The notes under the pieces were generated by a model that had not been told where the DNA came from, searched no databases, and saw only the letters and a list, made by a program, of their open reading frames with translations. This document shows positions 9,498 through 18,257 of a stretch of DNA of 42,333 nt, one piece after another (within the stretch, counting starts at the first letter, position 1; the number at the start of each line of letters is the position of its first letter). Made by a program: the position numbers and the translations under genes. Origin of the DNA: Chthonomonas calidirosea (GTDB lineage Bacteria > Armatimonadota > Fimbriimonadia > Fimbriimonadales > Fimbriimonadaceae); assembly GCA_945859975.1 (NCBI GenBank), contig CAMAPH010000023.1:1-42333 (forward strand), given 5' to 3'.

Positions 9498-10081
9498 CCT
9501 GGAGGGTGTCAGGAGGTCTGCTCATGATGCTGGGCTTGGCCGGGTGCCAAGTCCGGCCACTTGGGCAGACCCCAAAGCCGTCAACGCCGAAGCCGGCGTT
9601 CTTAGAAGTTCACGTGGCGGCTGATCCGAAGCCGGGATACACCGTCGCGGTGCCAGCAAGAATGGTTCCGGAAAATGAACGGTTTGCCTCTTACGTTCGG
9701 GTGACAAAAGGCGAGTTTCGTTCGACTTACGGCGAGTATATCGCGATCAAATATCGAGCAAATGTTCCGGACAAGGTCATGAACGCGTTCATGGCGTCAA
9801 GAGACCCCATGCTCACGAAAGATGATGAGGACCTAAAGCAACGTGCTCGAAAAACGACCATCGTTTCGGAGTATCCAAAGGCACCCGAGACGGTCTTGCA
9901 GCTAACGCTGCGACGGGGAGAAGACCTAGTCGATGTCGAGTACCGAGCGAAGAGCACGCTGTTCGATGCAAGCCGGGACTGCAACCTGATCGTTTCGACC
10001 ATCCGAAAAGTGCGGGGCCGGCGACAGAGTCCGTTTGTTGGCCCACTTTCCGACTTTGGTGGACCACCCGGCGAAAAATGA
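9494..10081 (+). CDS. Hypothetical lipoprotein
   Basis: ATG at 9494 overlaps the ATPase stop (ATGA). MTWRVSGGLLMMLGLAGC lipobox. No recognisable domain. Confidence 0.6.
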   Translation: MTWRVSGGLLMMLGLAGCQVRPLGQTPKPSTPKPAFLEVHVAADPKPGYTVAVPARMVPENERFASYVRVTKGEFRSTYGEYIAIKYRANVPDKVMNAFMASRDPMLTKDDEDLKQRARKTTIVSEYPKAPETVLQLTLRRGEDLVDVEYRAKSTLFDASRDCNLIVSTIRKVRGRRQSPFVGPLSDFGGPPGEK

Positions 10082-10103
10082 GCCATTCCGGGAAACTGAA
10101 ACG

Positions 10104-11522
10104 GTGATTACCCTTGCGGCGGCGGACCTTGTCGTCCTCGCGGTCTTTGCCGCCACTTTGTTTGGTCTGGGATTCAGCGCGAAGCTCCGAGAGCTTAGCG
10201 TCTTCCAGTTCGTCACCGCGGGCCGGCAGCTCACCCTGCCGTGGTTTGTCGCGACACTGGTTACCACTTGGTACGGCGGCGTGCTTGGAATCGGTGAATC
10301 CGTGTCGTACTACGGAATCGGCACCTGGCTGCTTCTTGGGGTGCCGTACTACATTTTCGCCGGCATTTACGCCGCGCGGATGGCCGGGCAGGTGAGGGAA
10401 GCCGACCAATATAGCATTCCTGAGCGCGTGGCCCATCGCTGGGGGAAGGGCGCCGGGCTTGTCTCCGGCAGCCTCGTCTTTCTGCTCGCCGTGCCCGCCG
10501 CCCACGTTCTGATGCTCGCCACGCTGGTGCAGGGCCTGACGGGCTGGGGATTGCCCATTGCGATTCCGGTGGCCGTGCTCTGCGGAACGGCGTTCTTATA
10601 CAAAGGAGGACTGCTGGCGGACGTTCGGGTCGGCATGCTGGCGTTCGTTCTCATGTACGTTGGCTTCGCGGTGATGGTCGGGTTCAGCATTGGAACGTAC
10701 GGACTTGGCTCTCTCGCTGAGATCAAGCAGCCTAATGCGCTGGGCTTCACCGGCGGTCAACAGCCTCTAGCAATCTTGAGCTTCTTTATTCTCGGGGCGT
10801 GGACGATTGTTGACCCTGGCTTCCATCAGCGCGTTGCGAGCGCGGCTTCGCCCGAGGTCGGGCGGCGAGGAGTATGGGTGGCCATTGCGTTCTGGATGCT
10901 GTTCGACATCCTGACCGTCACGGCCGGAATGTTTGCGCTCCGCCTGCTGCCAGAAATGCCAGCGAACCCGCTGCTGATTTTCCCCGCCCTTGCGCAAGCG
11001 GTTCTGCCGGCTGGGCTCAAAGGAATCTTCCTGTGCGGCCTTCTTGGAACGATTGTTTCGGCCCTCGTTGGGTATTCCCTCGTGGCCGGATCTTCGATGG
11101 GGCGAGAAATTTTGGGCCGGGCGTTTGACCTTGATGACGCAAAGACCCGCGCGGCCATTCGGCTCGGTATCGCGATCTCCAGCCTGTTGGCCGCGCTGCT
11201 GTCATTTGCCGTTCAGAGCGTCGTAGCGCTTTGGTACAGCTGGGCGGGGGCGGTTGTAGGTGCTTTGCTCATGCCGACCGTCGTGGCGTATTCCAGCCGT
11301 AAGGTCCGTTGGCGCCCCGGGGCGGTCGTGTTCTCGCAAATTGCGGGGTTTACCGTTGCGGTGTCCTGGATGGTGTTTGGTTTGCGAACGAATAACCCGC
11401 TGTTGGAAGTCGAATGGATGGGACAGCGATTTGGCCTAGGCACGCTCATTCCGGGACTCTTAGTTTCCGGCATCGTGCTAGGATGGGAGAGCTTGATCCA
11501 AGCGAAAAGGAAGTCAGCATGA
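10104..11522 (+). CDS. Sodium:solute symporter (SSS) family transporter
   Basis: About 13 hydrophobic segments, with F..AGRQL, ATLVTTWYGG, KGGLLADV and DPGFHQRV motifs. Likely start is GTG 10104 (the ORF track extends to 10035). Confidence 0.88.
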   Translation: MITLAAADLVVLAVFAATLFGLGFSAKLRELSVFQFVTAGRQLTLPWFVATLVTTWYGGVLGIGESVSYYGIGTWLLLGVPYYIFAGIYAARMAGQVREADQYSIPERVAHRWGKGAGLVSGSLVFLLAVPAAHVLMLATLVQGLTGWGLPIAIPVAVLCGTAFLYKGGLLADVRVGMLAFVLMYVGFAVMVGFSIGTYGLGSLAEIKQPNALGFTGGQQPLAILSFFILGAWTIVDPGFHQRVASAASPEVGRRGVWVAIAFWMLFDILTVTAGMFALRLLPEMPANPLLIFPALAQAVLPAGLKGIFLCGLLGTIVSALVGYSLVAGSSMGREILGRAFDLDDAKTRAAIRLGIAISSLLAALLSFAVQSVVALWYSWAGAVVGALLMPTVVAYSSRKVRWRPGAVVFSQIAGFTVAVSWMVFGLRTNNPLLEVEWMGQRFGLGTLIPGLLVSGIVLGWESLIQAKRKSA

Positions 11523-11965
11523 TGGAAGACAATGCGTCAATCGTAGATAGCGTCGAAGAAGCCGTAGTTGAGGCAGAATCCGCCGAAGAGGCCGTCGATG
11601 CCGGGCACATGGCTCCGGTCATGGCGATCCCCGGCTTGGCGCGCTTAGTTCTCAAGCGGGCCGGGAGCGAGACCGACACCGTGTTCCCCGTGATGGCACC
11701 TGCCGTAGTCGGGCGATTCGATCCAACCGTCGGGCCAATCGACGTCGACCTGGGCGCTTTGCAACCCGAGGGAACCTACATTAGCCGCCGACACGCGCGA
11801 ATCCTGTTCGAAGACGGCGTTTTCCGAGTTGAGGACCTTGGATCAAGCAACGGAACATTCCTCCTTCGCGACGACTTCGTGAAAGTCGAAAACGAAGAAC
11901 TGGTCGATGGTCAGGACATCGCCTTTGGCAACGCGCGATTCGTCTTCCGAATCGGCGAAGCCTAA
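11519..11965 (+). CDS. FHA domain protein with acidic N-terminus
   Basis: VVGR, ISRRHA and DLGSSNGT phosphothreonine-binding motifs. ATG 11519 overlaps the symporter stop (ATGA). Confidence 0.88.
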   Translation: MMEDNASIVDSVEEAVVEAESAEEAVDAGHMAPVMAIPGLARLVLKRAGSETDTVFPVMAPAVVGRFDPTVGPIDVDLGALQPEGTYISRRHARILFEDGVFRVEDLGSSNGTFLLRDDFVKVENEELVDGQDIAFGNARFVFRIGEA

Positions 11966-12996
11966 ACGAGCTGAACTTCTTGCGGGCCGGACTGGACTTC
12001 GCCGATGATGGCGGCAGACTCTCCGGCCTCGTTTAGCCGCTGGACAATTCCCGGTGCCGCGACTCGGTCGACCATCAAGGTCAGCCCGATTCCCATATTG
12101 AACGTTCGGTACATGTCAACCTCGGGAATGTTGCCGGTCTCTTGGATCAGGGTGAAGATCGGTGGTGGCGTCCAAGCGCGCTTCTCGATCATGACCCGCG
12201 TGTTCGCCGGTAGGACTCGCGGAATATTGTCGTACAGTCCGCCGCCCGTAATGTGAGCCACCGCGTAAACGTGGTCGTCTTCGAGCAATGGCAACACGGC
12301 GTTAACGTAGGCGCGATGCGGCCGCAGAAGTGCCTCGCCGACGGTCGCTCCGAGGCCAGGAACCTCATCCCGAACGCTCAGTCCACCGACTTCGAACAAC
12401 GCGCGTCGCGCAAGTGAGAATCCGTTAGTGTGCAGTCCGCTGCTGGCGATGCCAATGACGGCGTCTCCCGGCTGAACTTTGCCCCGCGGGAGCTTTCGCT
12501 CGAAGTCGACGACGCCGATGATCGAGCCGACAACGTCGACTTCTTCATCGTGATATACCCCTGGCATTTCGGCGGTCTCTCCGCCAATCAGAGCAATGCC
12601 GAGTTCTTTGCACGCTTCCGCCATTCCAGATACGACTTGTTCGAAAACGTCTGAGTGGAGGTGCGAGCAGCCGTAATAATCGAGGAAGAAGAGTGGCCGC
12701 GCGCCTTGGCAGAGGATGTCGTTTGCCGAATGGTTGACAATATCGAAACCAAGTCCGCGAAATTCACCGACCATCGCGGCGACTTTGGTCTTGGTTCCGA
12801 CGCCGTCGATGCTCGACACGAGCACAGGCTGGGACATCTCGCCAAAGTCAGCGCGGAAGAGTCCGCCGAAGCCGCCAATCCCGCTGATCACCTGCGGTCC
12901 GTACGTTTCGCGAATTTGTCCGCTTACGGTACGTAGAGCACGTTGGGCTTCGTCAATGTCGACTCCAGCGTCGCGGTACGTTAGGCCTTCAGACAT
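11962..12996 (-). CDS. purM: Phosphoribosylformylglycinamidine cyclo-ligase (AIR synthase)
   Basis: TYRDAGVDI, GGFGGLF, DGVGTK, GGETAEMPG, SSGLHTNGFSL, HITGGG and RTFNMGIG. Confidence 0.97.
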   Translation of the reverse strand: MSEGLTYRDAGVDIDEAQRALRTVSGQIRETYGPQVISGIGGFGGLFRADFGEMSQPVLVSSIDGVGTKTKVAAMVGEFRGLGFDIVNHSANDILCQGARPLFFLDYYGCSHLHSDVFEQVVSGMAEACKELGIALIGGETAEMPGVYHDEEVDVVGSIIGVVDFERKLPRGKVQPGDAVIGIASSGLHTNGFSLARRALFEVGGLSVRDEVPGLGATVGEALLRPHRAYVNAVLPLLEDDHVYAVAHITGGGLYDNIPRVLPANTRVMIEKRAWTPPPIFTLIQETGNIPEVDMYRTFNMGIGLTLMVDRVAAPGIVQRLNEAGESAAIIGEVQSGPQEVQLV

Positions 12997-13003
12997 GCAG
13001 TTG

Positions 13004-13030
13004 AGGGTACCAGACCCCCTCTGGTAAACT
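13004..13030. promoter_or_regulatory. Back-to-back extended -10 promoters for purM (-) and tRNA-Lys (+)
   Basis: TGG-TACCCT on the minus strand (hexamer 13004-13009) and TGG-TAAACT on the plus strand (hexamer 13025-13030), arranged on the inverted repeat TACCAGA-CCCCC-TCTGGTA. Confidence 0.55.
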
Positions 13031-13041
13031 AGAAATCTTGT

Positions 13042-13116
13042 GGGCTTGTAGCTCAGCGGTAGAGCAGCGGCCTTTTAAGCCGTTGGTCGAGGGTTCGAAT
13101 CCCTCCGGGCCCACCA
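13042..13116 (+). tRNA. tRNA-Lys (anticodon TTT)
   Basis: Cloverleaf: acceptor GGGCTTG/CGGGCCC, D arm GCTC/GAGC, anticodon arm GCGGC-CTTTTAA-GCCGT, T arm GAGGG-TTCGAAT-CCCTC, encoded CCA. Confidence 0.97.
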
Positions 13117-13547
13117 CCACGAGACTGCTTGTCCAATCACTTATTCCGGACACATGGGTAACAGTCCTTTTTCGTATCGGGTCTGCGATGCGCTAAGAAG
13201 CTCTCTGGCTCCGCGACTGGGGTCTTCGCGGGCATGCAGAAGGGAAGTTTTGGAGGCGCCGGACCTTGAAGTTGATCGGATCATCCGGTCAGTCCGGGAG
13301 AATCGAGATGTCTCCGGCAAACTATTGCGGGAATATCCTCAGTTTGAAGATCCGGACCGGGCCGCTTCAAGTGTCGCCCCGTTGCGAGGTGACGACTGAA
13401 TCTGTCGAATCGATCCGAAGAGCGGTTGTAGCCAAAAGTCTCGTGAAACAAAAACTAGATATGTGTCAAACCACTCAATTGGACACGACCATTTATAGCG
13501 AGTGCCGTACAGACTTTGGTAACTCCCTTCTCAGGATACGCCTTCCG

Positions 13548-15269
13548 TCACCGGGGCCAAAGTATGCAAAAGATGTCTGCGAGTTCCTTGGAGCGCTCAA
13601 GAATTGTCGATTCGGACCATTTCTCGTTCAAAGCAACACGTCGGTTCAGTTTGAGAACACTTTCATCACCCAGCTTCTTTCGCTTTTCTATCCAACCGGC
13701 GTTCGATACCGATAAATTCAATGGTCCAGTCAAGATGGTCAAATTTCCGAATCTGTGAATGGCCTCATTTCGTTGACCGGTCAGCTCGCCCTGGTCACCT
13801 TGTCCGAGAGGCCAATGGTCCGCCCATTTTTGGGGCATGATGTGCTCGATTTGAACAGGCGCTCCAATCTTAAATGGCTCCTCAGCTTTTGCATTTCTAA
13901 GGTGATTCTCCACCCTTGAAAACAGGTAGCCAAGGGTTGCGGTCCGAATATCGTAGTAAGCGGAGCGATTGCAGATCCGCCATTGAATGTGTCCGTCATC
14001 GAACCAAACGCTAGAATTGCCCTTTCCTTCCAGAAGTACGCCTCGCAAATTCTCGTTTGTCCATCCGATTTCGTTCAGTTTTGAAATCGTATCAGGAACG
14101 ATCCTGCTCAAGTTCTTACCGCCTGACCCACCGAGAATTCTTCGCACCAAGTAGGACTCGACAGTGGCTAACATCTCAATTTCGACGTTTGGATTGCTTG
14201 CCTTTGCTAGGATCCCCAGAATCAGGGGAAACGGCAAGTTTAGATCAGTTACCCTAAGGAACAGCCTTAGCTGTCCCACCTGATCTGAGCTGGATGCCAC
14301 GTCAAATTTCTGATAAATTGAGGCGAGTCGGGCAAAGTCTGCAAGTGCTTCCACAACTGTGCCGAACTTTCCTTTTAAGTAGTGGTCCCGAAAGTCTCGA
14401 AACTGGTGTGAGGTCTGGGTTTCACGTCCAACGTGCAAGACCAGATAATGCTGGAGGAATAAATCTAGCCGCGACCGCTTGCGCCTGCCGACTTCTACAG
14501 TACTTCGCCAATATCCGTCTTCAACCTCGAACTGCCGCCAGTATCTAGAATATAGATCGTCGGTGTTTAGGCTTTCAGCTTGAGCGGCGCGGAAAAGTAG
14601 ATTTTTAACAAGGTCCGAAGGAAGCAGTGGAGCACCGAGTGAGTTGAGGGTCTCAAAGATTAGCTGGCCATCGTCATCGTTGTCGAGATCTATGGCAATA
14701 AATACAAGGTCGTTTATTAGGCCGTTTACTATTGCGGTCAGCCTTTCCAGCCGGTCGTTGCCATGACCAATCCAAGAAGAGAGTCTTTCGGTGAAGTATT
14801 GACGTGCATCGTGCATTCGTCCGTTCTTGCTACGGCCTTCCATCACGTCACGGAACGTATCACGGTCAACATTCGTGGGCCAAACCTTGTACTGAAAATC
14901 GGTTCCGGTACCAAGGATATTTCGCGTCACACGATCTAGCAGTCTCGAAATGGAATCTGAGTCAGCCGCTAGCGACTTCGCCGATTCCATGAGGATTTGA
15001 AGTGTTGTCATCCGCTGCTGCCCATCGATGATCTCGCGTGATGAAACCGATCCGGTGAGCCCATCGAGCTTGGCAAGTACGATCGCTCCCATGAAATAAG
15101 GTCGAGCAGTTGTTCCCTTCAGTCGATTTCCAGCAGCGTCCTCAACGGCCCGCCAGAGCGGCTCCCAATTTTCCACTTCACTCCAAACGTACGGTCGCTG
15201 AAACAGCGGGGCCACCAAACGGATGTCGGCGGCGAGAATTTCGCCGAGGGTTCTCTTATTGGCCTGCAC
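13548..15269 (-). CDS. GmrSD/SspE-like DUF262 + DUF1524 (HNH) nuclease, putative modification-dependent restriction/defence protein
   Basis: DUF262 motifs PLFQRPYVW, IIDGQQRMTT, IFETLNSLG..L..SDLVKN. C-terminal HNH-type QIEHIMPQ...IHRFGNLTILTGPLNLSVSN. Likely start GTG 15269 (ORF track starts at 15332). Confidence 0.88.
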   Translation of the reverse strand: MQANKRTLGEILAADIRLVAPLFQRPYVWSEVENWEPLWRAVEDAAGNRLKGTTARPYFMGAIVLAKLDGLTGSVSSREIIDGQQRMTTLQILMESAKSLAADSDSISRLLDRVTRNILGTGTDFQYKVWPTNVDRDTFRDVMEGRSKNGRMHDARQYFTERLSSWIGHGNDRLERLTAIVNGLINDLVFIAIDLDNDDDGQLIFETLNSLGAPLLPSDLVKNLLFRAAQAESLNTDDLYSRYWRQFEVEDGYWRSTVEVGRRKRSRLDLFLQHYLVLHVGRETQTSHQFRDFRDHYLKGKFGTVVEALADFARLASIYQKFDVASSSDQVGQLRLFLRVTDLNLPFPLILGILAKASNPNVEIEMLATVESYLVRRILGGSGGKNLSRIVPDTISKLNEIGWTNENLRGVLLEGKGNSSVWFDDGHIQWRICNRSAYYDIRTATLGYLFSRVENHLRNAKAEEPFKIGAPVQIEHIMPQKWADHWPLGQGDQGELTGQRNEAIHRFGNLTILTGPLNLSVSNAGWIEKRKKLGDESVLKLNRRVALNEKWSESTILERSKELADIFCILWPR

Positions 15270-15400
15270 GCAGTAAGTATGCAAGACGTTGCACGGCCCG
15301 GTCTTGACAAGCAGGAGCAATGCCTGCCACATGACTGGGTTAGCGAATGGGCAACTGCAGTTACTGGTTCAGCCGTAGGAGCATTTGCTTAAACTTTTCT

Positions 15401-15703
15401 TTACTCGCGGACATACAGGGTAACTCCTTCCCGATCTATAGAGGCTTGCATCTCCGGCGGGACTTTCTCGTACTGCATCACGTCTAGACCAAAAAGCGTC
15501 GGCGGTTGGGCGATCATGTCGGCTGCGAAGTGGGCCCAGGCTTTTGCGTCTTGCACGCCGAAGAAGGCAAGGTCGAAATCGCTCGTGGGTCGGTTATCCC
15601 GGCGGGCTCGGGAGCCGAAGATGACGATTTTGGAAGGCTGAAAGTCGGCGACGGCACGATTAAGAATCCGCTGGATGCTCGGTGGAATCTCGATCGTGCT
15701 CAT
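15401..15703 (-). CDS. Minimal nucleotidyltransferase (MNT/MntA-type antitoxin family)
   Basis: 100 aa with IVIFGSRAR.D....SDFDLA (GS + DxD) and a C-terminal I.REGV.LY typical of MNTs. Confidence 0.88.
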   Translation of the reverse strand: MSTIEIPPSIQRILNRAVADFQPSKIVIFGSRARRDNRPTSDFDLAFFGVQDAKAWAHFAADMIAQPPTLFGLDVMQYEKVPPEMQASIDREGVTLYVRE

Positions 15704-15727
15704 CGCACATTCAGTTTACAGGGTCGA

Positions 15728-16561
15728 TTACGACTTGAGGAACTTGATCAACGCCGCGTTGACTTCCTCGGCGTGGGTCCAGTTGACCGCGTGAGGGCCG
15801 TCTTTCACGACCACAAACTCGGTCACGCTCGGATTCTGTGCGGTCTTTGCGCCCGAGATCGCGATCGGTACGATTCGGTCGGAATCGCCGTGAATGACGA
15901 GAACCGGCAGGTCGAATCGATAGAGATCTTCCCGAAAGTCGGTGCCCCAAGTGTCGACAACCGCGTGGGTGGCGATTGGGGAAGCCGCGATCGCGACGTT
16001 CCAGTTCGCTTGAACGGCTTGATCGGTGATCTTAGTGCCACCCAGGACATCGGTGTTGAAGAAGTTCGCGAAGAATCCGGTGAGGAAGGAGGGACGATCG
16101 GCGAGAATGCCTGCCTTGATTCCTTCGAAGACTTCCTGCGGAACTCCTTCCGGATTATCTTCGGCCTTCACCAAGAATGGGGTCACCGCGCCGATAAACA
16201 CGGCTTTGCTCACCGAACCGATTCCGTACTGAGCCGTGTACCGAGCAACTTCACCGCCGCCCATCGAGAAACCGACGAGGGCAAAGTCGGTCAGTTCTAG
16301 CTTTGTAACGAGGTGGTGCAGGTCGGCGGCGAACGTATCGTAGTCGTATCCGGTGGACGGCTGGCTAGACTTTCCGAATCCACGTCGGTCGTAAGTGATC
16401 ACCCGGAAACCAGCTTCCAAGAGTGCCGGAATCTGCTTTTCCCAAGACGCTCCGCTCAGCGGGAAACCGTGGATGAGAATTACCGGATAGCCAGATCCTA
16501 GGTCTTCGTAATACAGTTCAATCGGGGTCGAGTTCTCGGTTCCAACGGTGAAAGTAGCCAT
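15728..16561 (-). CDS. Non-heme chloroperoxidase/arylesterase-type alpha/beta hydrolase
   Basis: LYYEDLGSG.PVILIHGFPL, YDRRGFGKSSQP, nucleophile elbow GFSMGG, HGDSDRIVP and GPH. ATG 16561 has a GGAG SD sequence. Confidence 0.9.
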   Translation of the reverse strand: MATFTVGTENSTPIELYYEDLGSGYPVILIHGFPLSGASWEKQIPALLEAGFRVITYDRRGFGKSSQPSTGYDYDTFAADLHHLVTKLELTDFALVGFSMGGGEVARYTAQYGIGSVSKAVFIGAVTPFLVKAEDNPEGVPQEVFEGIKAGILADRPSFLTGFFANFFNTDVLGGTKITDQAVQANWNVAIAASPIATHAVVDTWGTDFREDLYRFDLPVLVIHGDSDRIVPIAISGAKTAQNPSVTEFVVVKDGPHAVNWTHAEEVNAALIKFLKS

Positions 16562-16675
16562 GATCTCCCCTGTTTTACGCCAATCGCAGGAAAAGTGGTG
16601 ACCCATCAAAACAAAATGAGCGCGTTTGCGCAAAGATCATTTATCTCTTCGCCAACGCGCTCAAGTTGACTGGCG

Positions 16676-17602
16676 TTACTTTACGCGGCCAAGGAACGAG
16701 AGAATCTTCTCGGCGATGAAGTCACCCTTTTCCTCGAGGGCAAAATGTCCGGCTTCCAGCAGGTGCAATTCGACGTCCTTTAGGTCCTTCTGGAAAGCTT
16801 TTGCGCCGGCCACGGTGAAGAATGGATCGCCGGTTCCCCAAACTACCAACGCCTTAGGCTGCCACTTTCGGAAGTACTCGTGCCAAGAGTCGTACAGCGC
16901 CACGTTGTTCTTGTAGTCAGCAACGAGGTCGAGCTGAGCCGCGGTGTTCTCGGGTCTGGCGTTGAACAGGGCGGAATCGAAGGTGTAGCCATCGGGGCTC
17001 ATCTTCGAGGCATCCGTGCCGGTGACGTACTGGTACTTGATGCCCTCGGGGCTAAAGAGTCCTGCTACTGCCTTCTCGGTTTCGGCATTTCGGTTGCTGC
17101 CAAACCCGACCAAGATTCCCTTGGCGGCTTCGCTGATGCCTTCAACGTAGGCGTTTGAGTTCTGGATGACGAGGCCCTGAACTCGTTCTGGATGCGCCGC
17201 GGCGATTCGGAGGCCGACCGGTCCGCCGTAATCCTGAACGTACAGGCTGTACTTCCGAAGGTTCTTCTGCTCAAGAAACTTGTTGGTGATGCTCGCCAAT
17301 CGGTCGAAGTTGTAGGTGAAGGTCTTTGGAGATGGCGCATCCGAATAGCCGAAGCCGATGTAATCCGGCGCGATCACGTGGTACTTGGTGGCCAGCTTTG
17401 GAATCAGGTCGCGGAACATGTGCGACGAACTTGGGAATCCGTGAAGGAGAACGATGGTTTTTGCCGACTTCGGACCGGCTTCTCGATAGAAGACCTTTAG
17501 ACCATCCACCGTTTCGAACTTGTGGTCGACTTGAACGGCGCTTGCTTGTGCGGAGATCAGACCGAGGGTGACGAGACTGGTTGCGAGAACGCTTGCTTTC
17601 AT
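16676..17602 (-). CDS. Secreted alpha/beta hydrolase (epoxide hydrolase/haloalkane dehalogenase family)
   Basis: Signal peptide, VFYREAG, LLHGFPSSSHMFR, APDYIGFGYS, Asp-nucleophile motif QDYGGP, WG..DPFF and GHFALE. Confidence 0.88.
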   Translation of the reverse strand: MKASVLATSLVTLGLISAQASAVQVDHKFETVDGLKVFYREAGPKSAKTIVLLHGFPSSSHMFRDLIPKLATKYHVIAPDYIGFGYSDAPSPKTFTYNFDRLASITNKFLEQKNLRKYSLYVQDYGGPVGLRIAAAHPERVQGLVIQNSNAYVEGISEAAKGILVGFGSNRNAETEKAVAGLFSPEGIKYQYVTGTDASKMSPDGYTFDSALFNARPENTAAQLDLVADYKNNVALYDSWHEYFRKWQPKALVVWGTGDPFFTVAGAKAFQKDLKDVELHLLEAGHFALEEKGDFIAEKILSFLGRVK

Positions 17603-17607
17603 GATTC

Positions 17608-17684
17608 TAACCTGTAAACCTATGCTTGAGTGGTTACGATGACTAAAGCGAACTCAAACCGTTAAAGTTCCATTAATATGGTTA
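17608..17684. promoter_or_regulatory. Two tandem operator-like boxes (T/A)AACC-N19-GGTTA
   Basis: TAACC(17608-12)-N19-GGTTA(17632-36) and AAACC(17656-60)-N19-GGTTA(17680-84). Both have TAAA two bases into the spacer, and they lie between the divergent hydrolase and CGNR genes. Confidence 0.55.
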
Positions 17685-17686
17685 GA

Positions 17687-18253
17687 ATGACGAAAATCTT
17701 GGAATCCGAAGCTGATCCTTGGCCCGAGCTTTTTTGGATTGGCGGGGTGCTTTGGGTCGATTTTGCAAACTCACTGAGCCTGGAGCGCCTGAACCTTGGG
17801 AGCGTCCTCGAAAGTCGCGAGTCGGTTCAGTCCTGGTTTGGGCGCGACTTTGATGCGGTGAACTTGGAGGAGCTTGTAGACCTAAGGTCGCTCATGGCCG
17901 AAGCGGTGAGTAAGTTTCGCATCGGCAGTCCCGAGCTGGCATCTGCGATCGAACGTGTGAACGTGATTCTAAGGTCAAGCGCTGGCTATGACCAGATCCG
18001 CCAGACCGGTGATCACTTTGAGGTCGCGAGAGTTTATGAGAGTCCCCTTGCGGTCGTCGCGGGCTCGTTCGCAAACTTCCTCGCGAGCGGAGATTTCGGT
18101 CGGGTCCGAAAGTGCGCGGAGCCGACTTGCACCCTGCATTTCTTCGACGAGTCGAAGGCAGGACGGCGAAAGTGGTGCTCGATGTCCCAGTGCGGAAATC
18201 GAGCTAAGGCCACTAACCACTACCGGAAAACCCGGAGCGCAGGTTCGAACTAA
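17687..18253 (+). CDS. ABATE/CGNR zinc-finger transcription regulator
   Basis: N-terminal GG.LWVDFANS (ABATE) and C-terminal RVRKC....CTLHFFDESK.GRRKWCSMSQCGNRAK. Start is ATG 17687 or 17678. Confidence 0.9.
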   Translation: MTKILESEADPWPELFWIGGVLWVDFANSLSLERLNLGSVLESRESVQSWFGRDFDAVNLEELVDLRSLMAEAVSKFRIGSPELASAIERVNVILRSSAGYDQIRQTGDHFEVARVYESPLAVVAGSFANFLASGDFGRVRKCAEPTCTLHFFDESKAGRRKWCSMSQCGNRAKATNHYRKTRSAGSN

Positions 18254-18257
18254 AAAA

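Noticed and set aside
13154..13758. ORFs of 81, 149 and 80 aa downstream of tRNA-Lys as a possible integrase remnant
   Set aside because: No tyrosine or serine recombinase motifs, and two of them overlap the nuclease gene antisense.
18241..18252. AGGTTCGAAC as a possible attR copy of a tRNA T-loop
   Set aside because: The match is only about 8-9 nt, lies inside the CGNR coding end, and lacks the flanking tRNA 3' sequence.
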